Source of the DNA: Yuukianura sp. NJ FZ-2021
Lineage: Eukaryota
Direction of reading: 5' to 3'
Assembly (NCBI GenBank): GCA_046563655.1
Contig: CM102289.1
Location: forward strand, 9,610,001 to 9,674,000
DNA: 64,000 bases
Shown here: positions 25,930 to 37,702 of the stretch, piece after piece
Numbering within the stretch: the first letter of the stretch is position 1
Layout: each line of letters starts with the position of its first letter
Position numbers and translations under genes: made by a program
Notes under the pieces: model-generated
Seen by the model: only the letters and a program-made list of their open reading frames with translations
What the model was told of the DNA's origin: nothing
Databases searched by the model: none

Positions 25930-26776
25930 ATGAACCCGAAGTTTGTGGTCGTACTGAGTGGGTTTTTGGGGGTAGCCTTTTCGGCTGAAATTTCTCGCCA
26001 GTATATCACCACTTCGACTGCTGTCCGCCATGAACCAACTGAACAACTCCAGCGTGTTGTCACAATCCACGTTGGCCGGGATCAACACTTCGTGCCACGC
26101 CCTGCAAGACGTAAATCCTTATTTATTTCAAAACTTAATTCAACATTTTTTTGCATTTGTCAAAACTATTTATTTTTTGTTGGATCAGCTGATATTGGGA
26201 ATCGACCAATCCTGAGCTCTCCGCGGATAACTAACTGGGGGGAATGGGGTCCTTGGGCGTCATGTGACGAGTACAGTGTCGTCGTGGGCATGAGACTTAA
26301 GACGGAACAGCCACAGGGAGATGGAGACGATACGGCCCTGAATGCAATTCGTCTCCTCTGCTCCGCCCGTGGTCCTGACACAATGGAAATTGAGAGTGCG
26401 GAGCAGAAGTGGGGCCGTTTCGGCTCAACTTTCTTGTGTCCAGGGCAATCTCCTGCAGTTGGATTCCAGTTGAGAGTGGAGGGCCCGCAGGGAAATGGAG
26501 ACGACACTGCGACCAACAACTTACGACTGTTGTGTGTAGGCGGTTCGACTATTGAGGGAGATGGCCTGAGTTGGGGTGACTGGTCAGAGGCGCAACGGTG
26601 TCGTGCAGGTCAAGTTCTCTGTGGATTCCGTACGCAGGTCGAACCTGACCAGGGAAATGGTATTCTCAAAAAAAAAAATTTTTTTTAATTGTTCAAATTT
26701 TGATTTTGGTTTTCGGAATTTTGTAGGAGACGATACGGCCCTGAACAACGTTGACATGGTTTGCTGTGACCTCTAA
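25930..26776 (+). CDS. Vitelline membrane outer layer protein 1 (VMO-I, beta-prism) homolog, secreted
   Basis: Signal peptide and three WGxW...C...GDDTA(L/T)N repeats, ending GDDTALNNVDMVCC. Confidence 0.92.
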
Positions 26777-27024
26777 TTCCTGCTCCAACGGTCGCTTTGG
26801 AATGTCTACTTTAAAAACCGTATCCAAGGTTTTAATTTTTGAAATTTCGAAATCTAAAGTTACAAAAATTTTAAAATAAAGTTGAATTGGGAAAAGTAAA
26901 ATTTTGAACTAGCATATTGTTAAGATTCTAAAAATGAGCATTATTCAAATAAAAAATGGTATTTGTGAACTTATTATTAAAAGTGATGAACCCGTTTTCG
27001 TGTGAATTTATTATTTTCTCACAG

Positions 27025-28049
27025 TCAGTTCCCTCTCCAATAATCTAAAACGAAAAAAATACTTTAGGAAAACAAAAACTTGGGTCAGTTTTCAAAATTT
27101 CCAAAGTTTCAAAATTTTGAAATGGGAAACCTTCGTATGATGGATTCCTTTGGACGACATTTGAGAACAAAGATGCATTCCATGCTTCATGCTCTTCCAA
27201 TTCCCCGCCTAAACTTTTTGGCAAAATGTCACGTGGAATAAATTCCACCAATCCTTGCTCATCTCCGTGAAATTTTACGCGTTCGCGGATTTTGGCGGGA
27301 AAAATTTCAAAGCAATTTTGTAAATTGGCCAAAAAAGGATCGGAGGATTGAGATAATGAATCCCTACAATTCGAACCGGGTAAGTGTCCTAAACCACAAA
27401 AAAAAAATTCCAAAATTTTTTTTTGAAAAACCCGAATTTTGAAATTGAGATTTTAAATTTGACCTTACCATGGCCAGTTTGACAGCGACCTTGACCTGAG
27501 AGTAGCCTAATGCCATAACATGCTTGAACGACAGTCCACTACAATCTACAATCCCCATAACTCCATGTACTTGGAAATTGAGGGACTTAAGGGACTCTTC
27601 AACTAAAAAAGCATAGGATATCATGAGTTGTTGAAGGGATACTTCATAAGGGTCCCAGTTCTGGAAAGACACGGAGAACACAGTGACCTTGTCCACGGAG
27701 CCCTTAAGTACCCTGATGACCCCTGAATTGAAAATGGATTCGAGGTCACCAGCTCTAGCATCTCTGAACAACTCAAATCTGAGGTCAATTGATTTGTAGT
27801 ATTTGCAAATAGCGCCAACTGCTGCTTCAGCGTTGTACTTTTTGGCGCGAATGAATTTGGCCAAAAATTCAAAATCAGTCCTCGGCTTCACTGTTGTAAT
27901 TCGTTCTAAAAAAAAGTTTCAGTTGGTAAAAACTGAATTTTTAAAATTTAAGTCATGTTACAAATATGTAGTTTTGGAAAAAACAAATTACCCAAAACTT
28001 GTTCTCTGACCGTTTCCACTAGTTTCTGCAAGTCCCGTTCTGAATTCAT
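27025..28049 (-). pseudogene. CRAL-TRIO (alpha-TTP/clavesin-like) gene, copy 1, with an apparent 1-bp frameshift
   Basis: FLAKFIRAKKY, QVHGVMGIVDCSG and ILPKSLGG. Compared with copy 2, one base is missing in the A-run at ~27300, shifting the frame at KFFP. Could be a sequencing error. Confidence 0.6.
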
Positions 28050-28455
28050 GTTTGTCGTGTATGTAAATTAAAACGTTTTTTTAAAAACGTTTTAAAAACA
28101 CTTATTTAAATGTTGAGGTTGTTAAACTTTACAAAAAACTTGGTTTTGTGGTCACTCGTGCGGTTTGAAGTTAGGAAGTGAAGTGAAAGAGACAAAAAAT
28201 GCAGACTTTTGCAGTTCAATTTCGCAACAACTCAAGTAAGATCAATGTCCAAACGCAAAGATAGCCTAAAGCGTCGTTAACCTTGCAAAAATTAACCTTA
28301 CTCAATTTTGTTTATGATTTTTGAAACTATCGTGGAAACTTTTTTTTGCAAGACTGTTTTTTGTTTATGCATACCGTTTTTATATTTACTAGAAGTTAAA
28401 GGCATTTGTGTGTGGACTGATTGTGTGTGAATGATTGATGTGTGTATGATTTTTC

Positions 28456-29450
28456 TTATTCAGCTGGCTGTCCTCTCCAGTAATCTAAAAAAAATTGCAT
28501 TAGCAAATTCCATGAGTCACTTTTCAAATTCTCAAAATTTTGAAATTGGAAACCTTCGTATGATGGATTCCTTTGGACGAGATTTGAAAACAAAGATGCA
28601 TTCCATGCTTCATCTTCTTCCAAATTCCCGCCTAAACTTTTTGGCAAAATTTCTGGAGGTACAAATTCCATGAATCCTTGTTCATGTCCATGAAATTTTA
28701 TGCGTTCCCGGATTTTGGCAGGAAAAAATTTTGAAGCAATTTTGTAAATTGGCCAAAAGAGGATCGGAGGATTGACATGATGCACAGCCACAATTCTAAC
28801 TGGGTAAGTGTCCTAAACCACACAGAAAATTTTCAAAAAAAAAATTTTTTTCCTTTGAAAATCCAAATTTTGAAATTAAGTTTGACCTTACCAGAACGAG
28901 TTTGAGAGCCACCTTGACCTGAGAATAGCCGAGTGCCATGACATGCTTGAATGATAGTCCACTGCAATCCAGAATGCCCATGACCCCATGTACTTGGAAG
29001 TTAAGGGACTTAAGGGACTCTTCAATTAAAAAGGCATAGGCTAACATTAGTTGTTGGAGGGGTACTTCATAAGGGTCCCAGTTTTGGAAGGACAGGGAGA
29101 ACACAGTGACCTTGTCCACGGAGCCCTTAAGTACCCTGATTGTCCCTGAATTGAAAACGGCACCGAGGTCACCAGCTCTGACTCCTCTGAACAACTCAAA
29201 TCTGAGGTCAATTGATTTGTAGTATTTGCAAATAGCGACAACTGCTGCTTCAGCGTTGTACTTTTTGGCGCGAACAAATTTGGCCAAAAATTCAAAATCA
29301 GTCTTCGGTTTTACTGTCGTAATTTGTCCTAAAAAGTTAAAAAATTGAACTTATGGCACCAATATTTTTACTATTCGAATTTTTTTTTTCACCCAAAACT
29401 TGTTCCCTGACATTTTCCACTAGTATGTCCAAGTCCTCTTCTGAATTCAT
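28456..29450 (-). CDS. CRAL-TRIO (alpha-TTP/clavesin-like) lipid-binding protein, copy 2, intact
   Basis: FLAKFVRAKKY, QVHGVMGILDCSG, YPVRIVAVHHVNPP, KIRERIKFH and ILPKSLGG. Four exons. Confidence 0.9.
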
Positions 29451-29967
29451 AGTTGCCGCGCTTGTAGATGAAACTTTTTTAAACTTTTTTAAATTTTGTG
29501 GTGAGTAGGTTAATTAAAGTTTAAAAAATGTGTTTTTTTTTGGTTTGGTGGTCACTGGTGGTTTGAAGTTAAGAAGTGAAGTGGCACAGATTAAAAAGCT
29601 GCGACCTCCGCAGTTCCAATTGTGCACCAACTCAAGTGTCAAGCGGGGTCAAAGTCTAAACATTGCCTACGGCGTGGTTAAATTTTCAAAAATTGAGCTA
29701 CCCTATTCCTTTTTTATTATTTTCAAACTATTTTTGAAACCATTTTCAAAACCCTTGCATACCATTTTTCTAAAATTTGATGGACAGAGTGGCAGAAAAG
29801 CTTAAAATTTAAAAACAGTCTCAGCTCCTTCCTCGCTTTTAGTTTTTTTTTACCTTTCTGGCATTCAACCGTCCACAATGCGCTCTAAAATGGACTTTTA
29901 TTAGTTATTTTTAATGAAATAATAACATATTAAAATGTATAAAATTATAGAGTGACTTGTAAGTGGT

Positions 29968-30309
29968 TCAGAGTGCTTTGGATTGACAAATGCACTTGTT
30001 GTCATGGCAACCGATGGTGGGCAGTCCGTAGTTGGTGCAGTAGAGGTTACATGACAACTGGGAACAGGCTGGACCAATCGGCTTGGCTCCGCATTGGCAA
30101 AATCCTGCGGCGTCGCAACCTAGTCTCGGATAACCTTGCGAGTCGCACAAAGTGTTGCAAAATGTAGAAGTGCAAATCACTTGACCATCAGCTTGCACTG
30201 ATGCCTTTAAAATTGAAAATTTTAAACTCAAAATTTCATTCTCAATTCCATTTTTTAATAAACTTACCACAGCTCCGATGAAAGCTAGGAGAATAGCGAA
30301 TTTGAGCAT
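29968..30309 (-). CDS. Secreted double CS-alpha-beta (defensin-like) peptide, 2 exons
   Basis: Signal peptide interrupted by an intron. Two tandem C-x4-C-x3-C-x9-C-x4/5-C-x-C domains. A TATAAA lies ~75 bp upstream on the minus strand. Confidence 0.8.
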   Translation of the reverse strand: MLKFAILLAFIGAVVSLLKNGIENEILSLKFSILKASVQADGQVICTSTFCNTLCDSQGYPRLGCDAAGFCQCGAKPIGPACSQLSCNLYCTNYGLPTIGCHDNKCICQSKAL

Positions 30310-30776
30310 TTTGAAACCCAGAGTTTAAGCGGTAAACAATAAATTTCGAAAAAGCTGAAATTTTTGTTCGGCTGAGGCTTTTATAAATCCTCGGTTTCAT
30401 TTTTATCCAACTGTAGATATGCCAAAATCAACTGGAAACTTGGAGGGAGTAACTAATTGGTTAGCCAAAGATTACAGTTAGTAAAACTTAAATTTGCATA
30501 GCTAAGAATTACTCAGACAATTCAAAATAATTGTTGTGATTAATTTGAAGTTTTAGAATTTTAAACCGCTAATAATTTTTTGTGGCTTGGAGGAAATCAA
30601 ATCTCAAATTTTGAAAACCACGAGATTTATCTCAAACGCCGCTCAGAAAACTCCGAATTTTATTCAAACCAATAAATACAGAATTCAAGCAAAGAAAAAT
30701 TTTGATTTTGACCGAATTGAAAATTTTTTCGTTTTTAAAAACATCAGGATTGAACATATTGAAAAACAGGACAGTT

Positions 30777-31362
30777 TCATTTGTCGAAGGGACTAGCAGT
30801 GAATGCGCAGCCGCAAATTGACACTCCGGCTTTGTTTTTGCAGACATACGTTTGTTCATTTTTGAATTTGAATTCCTTGGCTGGATCTGCCTTGAACGTA
30901 CGATTTCTGGCAATAAAGTAGACGCAGGGAATGTAACACGGATGATTGCATCTCACTTTCTTACACGAACTGTGCTTCGGAACGGGGCTTTTGTTGCTAT
31001 CTCCTCCCTAGCAACCAATTTAAATTTCAAAAATTTGCAACTTTTTTTAATTTTTGATTTTGAGTCACCTTAAGTCCAGACGCCATCGTGCAAATTTTCA
31101 AGAAAGTTTCAACTCCTTTCAGCGCAACTTGACATTCGTAGTTAGCCTTTGACCCCTCGCGTGCAAAATCTTGACATTCGTCTGGAACATTCTGTTCAGT
31201 TACACGACAACTCTGCGGTTCATCTGTTGATTTCTTGCCCAAAACCTACACAAAAATATAAAATTTCATAAAAAGTAAAATTTTATTTTGAAGAATTTTA
31301 TATTTTTAGTTAACCACAGGAATGACCCCAATACAACTCAAAATAAGCAGCGCTCTCCACAT
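30777..31362 (-). CDS. Small secreted Cys-rich protein, paralog 1 (3 exons)
   Basis: MWRALLILSCIGVIP signal, SCRVTEQNVPDECQ...YECQ...KIC and CKKVRCNHPCYIPCVYF...YVCKNKAGVSICGCA. Near-identical paralog at 34640-35246. Confidence 0.8.
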
Positions 31363-32110
31363 TATGGCTGAATCTTTGGGTTTTCGAAACTTATGTTGAG
31401 AAATTGAAAAATTGAACTGGCGTTGGACTCAAACTGTTCAATTTACTTTTGTTCACTTTTTAGTGAGAGATAGTTTAATAGTTCAACTTTAGAATAAATT
31501 ATCAGTTGTTTTTCAAAATTGAAAATATTAGTGGTGAACCAAAAACCTCAGTTTATCGAACTGGAACAATTTGAAATTTTCCAAAAGTTTCTGCTCATCA
31601 AACACCTTGGATCAACGTCATGGGCGTTCATGTGAAATTTCAAAATAGAGATTCAAAGTTGAAATTGAAATTGAGAAACACGAACTTTTTTTTTTAAATT
31701 TGGATTCTAACGTGAACTTTGGCAAAATTTAAAAAATGGCAAGATATAATTAATATTCAAAGTATAAAGATTACTTTTTTCTAGATTTTGAATAATTCAT
31801 TTTAATTTTTTGAAAAAATGTATGTTAAAGTGAAAAAAGAACAATGTCTATAAACTAAAAATTAAAAAGTAAAATGAAAACTAAGTGAGTATTTTTAGAA
31901 AATTATTCGGTGTGCTTAGTTGTACTTCCATTTTTTTATTTGAATCTAGAAGATAACCGTATGATATTACATGCCTTCGAGGTCACTGAACGAAATTCCA
32001 AAGTTTGCATAGTTTAGTTCAACAAATTAATTCCAATAAGCTACTTGCTCCCTCACCTCGATCTTTGACAGCTCTGGTGGAGGTTGGAAGTGTGTAGCAC
32101 TCTTTCAGTA

Positions 32111-32272
32111 CAGTGTGGCTGGATATCCACTATTTTTCACGTTTTGTCCATTGGATAATACATTTCATCCGGTTTTATCTGGAAGAAATAACTGGATAAA
32201 ATGGATATAAATGGATACTTCCACCAAATTTGATGTAGATGGAGGAAATATTTTATCTATCCGACAACACTG
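32111..32272. mobile_element. hAT-type MITE, 162 bp
   Basis: Imperfect TIRs CAGTGTGGCTGGATA / TATCCGACAACACTG flanked by a perfect 8-bp TSD TTTCAGTA (32103-32110 and 32273-32280). An extra related terminus lies at 32440-32462. Confidence 0.8.
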
Positions 32273-32799
32273 TTTCAGTATATGGAATGAAATAAAAATT
32301 TGAAAAGGTGCAATGAAATTTTAGTAAATTTTCACTTTTTTTTCAAAATTTAATCTCATTTTTCCTAGTCCGACCCTTTGGATTCGTCCATTTCGTCCAT
32401 TTGTTCCACTGGATATCCAGCCTTGGACGAAATGTCCAAAAAGTGGATATCCAGCAACACTGGGCGCAGACTTACGCCCAAATAGATCCCCTATGCACGT
32501 GCGGCATATGAACTCACCGTGATGCGGGACCGGTAGATGAACTCTTTGATTTGTTAGAATTTGAAACTTCAAAACGTTCTTTTTCTGTCACAATTTGAAA
32601 CATGAACAATACTAGTAAGTTCATGGTTTTAAAATTATATAACTAGCACGTCCTTTGCTCAAAAACTTCACAATTCAAAATCCACCTGGTTTTTCTTGAA
32701 GTAGGAAATAAAGTATTACTTACTATTCATTTTCATAGTACCTATTCATTTTCAAATTTATTTTCATCTCGAAATCACGAAAATCATTGGCAGAAGGTA

Positions 32800-34078
32800 A
32801 TGGGTCTCCGCGCATTTCGAATTTTGTTTGTCTTGTTTGTCGCGACAAACTTTGGGACTCTTGCGTATGAGGTACAGTTTTTGGAAAAAATATTGGTCAA
32901 AATAAATTTTTCAAAAATTAAAAAAAAAAGTATGTGCAGAATTGCTAGAACCTGTTTTTACTCACACAGAAATGTTCTAGCGTAAAGGACTGTGAGCAAT
33001 TTCTTGAAACAGAGGACCAAAAGAATCCTGCAATATTCGGGTATTGTACGAAAGACATGCATCCTGGGACGTGTGTCATTAATTACATTTGGGTAAATTT
33101 GCAAAATAAAATTCTTTTTTTTTTGAATTTTTTTTTTGCTAAAACAGTTAAATTTCAAAAATCCTTAGGCCCCAGGGATTGGTTTGCGTGAAAACATTAG
33201 AGATTCTGTCGGTCCTAATTGTACGAAACTGACATCGCACAAAACATGTGAGAAAGCCACTGCTGAAATTCCGGAAGAGTATCCAGCCTTTAATCGGAAA
33301 AGTGGCCACTCATTTTCGTGTAAAGCCACTTCTGCACAGGGTAAACAAGTTACGTATCACGTGTGCTCCGCACAAGCAACACAAACCGAGGAATTATCAA
33401 ACGCCGTAAAAGGGGAAACATCGGTCAGTTTTTCCTTAACATTACTTTTAAAAACTGTCGTTTTTAGTTAAAAACGACGTTTTTAAGTTTGAAAATTAGT
33501 TTTGGTGATACATTAGGTAAAGTCCGGATGTACTTCAGCGGACGACTGTGAAAAAATCCTGACGGAGGAAGATAAAGGGAACCGTGCAATACTTAAATCA
33601 TGTTACGAAGCTGATAAAGATTGCAAAGAAAAATGCGACTATGCGTGTGGCTTTACCTTCGCAAAGGTTTCCAACTACAAAAAAATTACATGTTTGTCAG
33701 TGTTTCGTAAAAAGCGGTTTTTAAAGTCGATGCTTTGCTTTTTGGTTTAAATTTTTGGTGTTGTTGCTGTTTTTGGTTTAAAACACATCGGAATGGAACA
33801 CTGATGTTTATATATTTCTGAGAAATATTTAAATCCAAAATTTTTAGGTGTTCGATGCAGATTTAGTTGCTCGAAATCCAAATCCTTCGAAATGTAAACA
33901 CCCACACCATGATCAAAAGGAGATGGTTAAGAAGGCGTGTGAACGCGGCTTTGCTAGTTTGAACGCTGTTTTTCGGAAAACGGACAATACGCAATTCGGT
34001 TCACCAGGTTTCATCTGTGGCCCCAACAACTACATTACATGTGTGGCACAAGTTACACCCAAAGACCAAAGTGCATAA
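32800..34078 (+). CDS. Secreted two-domain Cys-rich protein (5 exons)
   Basis: Signal peptide MGLRAFRILFVLFVATNFGTLA. Internal repeat CSSVKDCEQFLETEDQKNPAI versus CTSADDCEKILTEEDKGNRAI. In-phase GT-AG introns. Confidence 0.7.
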
Positions 34079-34639
34079 CCTCAAAAAAATTCAATCCTGG
34101 CTGAGTAATTTGGATTTGGAAAAAAAATGGAATTATAGAAATTTTTAACCTAGATTTCCCGTCATCCTTACTTTTTTGTTCTTAAATTAAAAATTTTCAA
34201 ATCAGTTTAAAAAGTAATCATTTCAAAAATTAAATAAAAAGAAGTTGCATTGAAACCCTTCCTTCTACATTTCTTTTATTGAGCGTCACTGTCACAGGTT
34301 GTACCATTCCAGTTCCATTCTTCTCTAGCAAAATTCAAAAAATTATGGTCCAATTGAATTCAAAATTTTACTCTAAAGTTTGCAGGAGGGCGACAACATC
34401 TTTATTTGCTGAGTAATTTTGAGTAATAACATGAATTTGAATTTTATAATTTTTTGGAATCGTGTTTTAGACCAATTTAGTATTTTGAAAATACAAACTA
34501 AACTTTTTCAACTGTATCAAATTGAATGAACTTCTATACTTCGAAAAAAATCAAATTTTGGAAAACCATTGATTAAAAGGGTTACACACATTTCAAACAA
34601 AGCGAAATTGAGAAATTAGCCCAAATGGGACAGTTTTCG

Positions 34640-35246
34640 TTAGTTGAGGAGAGTGGCAGTTGTTGCGCAACCGCAAATTGTTTCTCCGGCCTTATTTTTG
34701 CACACATATGTTTGTGCGTTTTTGAATTTGAATTCCTTGGCTGGATCTCCTTTGAAAGTTCGACTTCTGCCAATAAAGTAGACGCAAGGAATATAGCACG
34801 CATGTTCACATCTCACTTTTTCGCACAAACTGTGCTTCGGAACGGGACTTTTATGGTTACCACCACCCTATCAACAAGAAATTTCAATTTCAAAAAATTT
34901 AAAAAATTTTTACTCAAAACATTTTATTTTAAAATTTGTTTATTCGTAGTCACCTTAAGTCCAGATGTAAAAGTGCAAATTTTCAATGAAGTTTCATCTC
35001 CTTTGATTGATCCTTGACATTCGTAGTTGGCCTTTGACCCCTCCCGGGCAAATTCTTGACATTCATCTGGCACGTTTTGTTCAGTTATACGACAACTCCT
35101 TGGTTCATCAGTTGAAGTCTTCCCCAAAATCTACACAAAATATAAAATTTCATAAAAAGTAAAATTTTATTTTGACGAATTTTATATTTTTGTTTAACCG
35201 TAGTAATGACTCCAACACTGCTCAAAACAAGCAGCGCTGTCCACAT
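34640..35246 (-). CDS. Small secreted Cys-rich protein, paralog 2 (3 exons)
   Basis: MWTALLVLSSVGVIT signal, SCRITEQNVPDECQ and CEKVRCEHACYIPCVYF. Same exon structure as 30777-31362. Confidence 0.8.
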
Positions 35247-35544
35247 TATGGCTGTAATGTTCGTTTTTTCGAAACTTATTTAGAGAAATTGAAAAATTGA
35301 ACTCGCACTTTACTTTTGTTAACTTTTAGTGAAATGGGTTAACAGTTCAACTTCACGCTCAGAATATATTATCACTTATTTTTCAAAATTTAAAATATTA
35401 GTAGTGAACCAAAAACTTCAGTTTAATGAACTGGAGCAAGGTTCCTTGACACCAAACATTTAATCTTCTTTAACAGGTTGGGTACTGCCTCGCTTGTTGC
35501 AAAAAAAAAAAAAAACAAAAACAAAGATTGGTATCCGCTGTATC

Positions 35545-36500
35545 GTAGCAGGTGAAATGGTCAAAACAATTTGGCCAAAAGTGAAATGATCAGAGGTGAA
35601 AAGGCCAGAAGTGAAATGGCCAAAGAGTGAAAATATCAGAATTGAAATGGCCAAAAAGTGAAAAGGCCAAAATCTAAAAACGCCAAAAAGAAATTGGCCA
35701 AAAAGTGAAATGACCAAAAAGTGAAAACGCCAAAAAGTGAAAAGGCCAAAATATGAAAAGGCCAAAATATGAAAAGGCCAAAAAGTGAAAAAACCAGAAT
35801 TAGGAAAAAATTACTTTCAGTGGGTAACTCGCATTTTCTTTATTTTTTATTTTTATTTGCGAATATGACCCCCCTGACCATGAAAAAAAATTTTTTGGCC
35901 CGCTTTCAAAAATTTCGAATTTTCGGGAAATTATGAAAAATGCAATTTCGCTATAAGGGCACACGTTAATTTTTTCTCAAAATAGGTCTTAGCTTATATT
36001 TTGTTAGGTTAGGTTATATTTTTAAATGCTTAAGCAATTTTGATATAGCATTTAGGTTAGGTTTGGTTAACTTTCAAAAAATGGGATTTTTTTGTTTAGA
36101 AAAAGTTAACATGGAGTATTTTCCCATTTTTTACATCTTCTAAAAATTCGAAATATTTCAAGCAGATCGCAAAAAAATATATTTTACTGGCAGGGGGTCA
36201 TATTTGTATTAAAAAAAATGTAGAAAACCGAGTTACCCACTGAAAGTATTTTTTTCCTAATTCTGGTCTTTTCACTTTTTGGCCTTTTCATATTTTGGCC
36301 TTTTCACTTTTTGGCGTTTTCACTTTTTGGTCATTTCACTTTTTGGCCATTTTCTTTTTGGCGTTTTTAGATTTTGGCCTTTTCATTTTTTGGCCATTTC
36401 AATTCTGATATTTTCACTTTTTGGCCATTTCACTTCTGGCCTTTTCACCTCTGATCATTTCACTTTTGGCCAAATTGTTTTGACCATTTCACATGGAATC
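35545..36500. mobile_element. Foldback/MULE-like non-autonomous element with long TIRs containing short tandem repeats
   Basis: 35551-~35880 is the reverse complement of ~36190-36492. The arms consist of GTGAAAAGGCCAAAAA-type repeats and there is an internal TTAGG tract. Direct repeat ATCCGCTGTAT at 35533-35543 and 36498-36508. Confidence 0.85.
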
Positions 36501-36754
36501 CGCTGTATTGTTATGACTACGATGCACTGAAATGGAAAGACGTTTTTTTTGCAAAAAAAATACCATGAGGTGTTACCCAACCTGTTGAAGAAAATCAGTC
36601 AATAAACCTTGAACTTGGAGCGAGAAAACAATTAATATTTGTCCTCACGAAGTGTCTTGAATTCCATTGTTGTCAAAATATGTTTTTATTTTTGTTTTGT
36701 TTTTTTTTAAATATTTTTTTCAATTCAATTTTTTTTTCAACTTTTTTTTCAAAG

Positions 36755-37428
36755 TTACAATGAGTTGTACAAATGAATACATGAGTAGTCGCCGAGCATG
36801 CAAACACGGCGTTCTTTTTTCAAGCAAATTTCGTGTCTCGGGTCGTAGCAAATGTTGCCACGACAGAGTCGCTCTCCGACATTGCACAAGTAAGAGTTGA
36901 AGTCGCCCTGGAGACACTGCATGCCCCCCTCTGCTTTGTAGCAACTCCCACTCCCATGGCCACACAAAACCTCCCCCTTGGGGCACACCGTGTGACCTTG
37001 AACGCAATCTTGCTCCTCGGGGTCATAGCAGTCCCCGATGTTGCACACACGCTGCCCCTCTCTGCAAATGACCTCGTAGTCACTCTCCCCCGTCATGCAA
37101 ACATAGCCTTGACCTGGGGTCAAACAGACCCCCCCACAGTGGGTGTCCCCCCGGGGGCACACGGTCCCCCCACTCCCGTCGCTGTACGTCAAACACACAT
37201 GCGTGGATGGGGAGTAGCAGTGATCTTCGTTGCAAATTGATTCCCCCTCGGGGCAGGTCACGTTTAGTTTCTCACGGAAAAACGGAAGAGAGGTGGCTAA
37301 ACACAATTTTGTAAAAAAAATTCAAAAAAAATTTTTACGAAGAAATTTTTTTCAAAAATTAAGTACATACCGTGTACATCGGCAAACAGCAAGCCCAGAA
37401 ATGCCAATACCAAAATATCACGATTCAT
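36755..37428 (-). CDS. Secreted Cys-rich repeat protein (CBM52/galaxin-like C-x-CY-x-P-x4-C repeats), 2 exons
   Basis: Signal peptide MNRDILVLAFLGLLFADVHA, then ~5 repeats of the type VCPxGxxxC..CYDPxxxxC. The second exon is GC-rich. Confidence 0.8.
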
Positions 37429-37702
37429 GCTTTTTTTTTGTTTTTTTATTGTTGTTGTAAAATTTTGGAAAATGGAAATTGTGCAAACTGTTTTTGAATT
37501 TGAAACTGAATGGTCCACTGACTTAGTGAAACTATTTATTTTCATTTTATTTTAATTAAGTTTAATTAGATTCAATTGAATTTTAACTTTTGACCTTAAT
37601 TTTCCACTTTGACTTTAATTAGTCATGGGGGAAAACCTGTGCTGGAAAACTATATTTTTTTCATCTTCTGCGTACTAAAACGTTTAGTAGAGCAACTATT
37701 TT

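Noticed and set aside
35460..36530. Two near-identical Phe-rich ORFs on opposite strands
   Set aside because: They are translations of the two arms of the foldback element.
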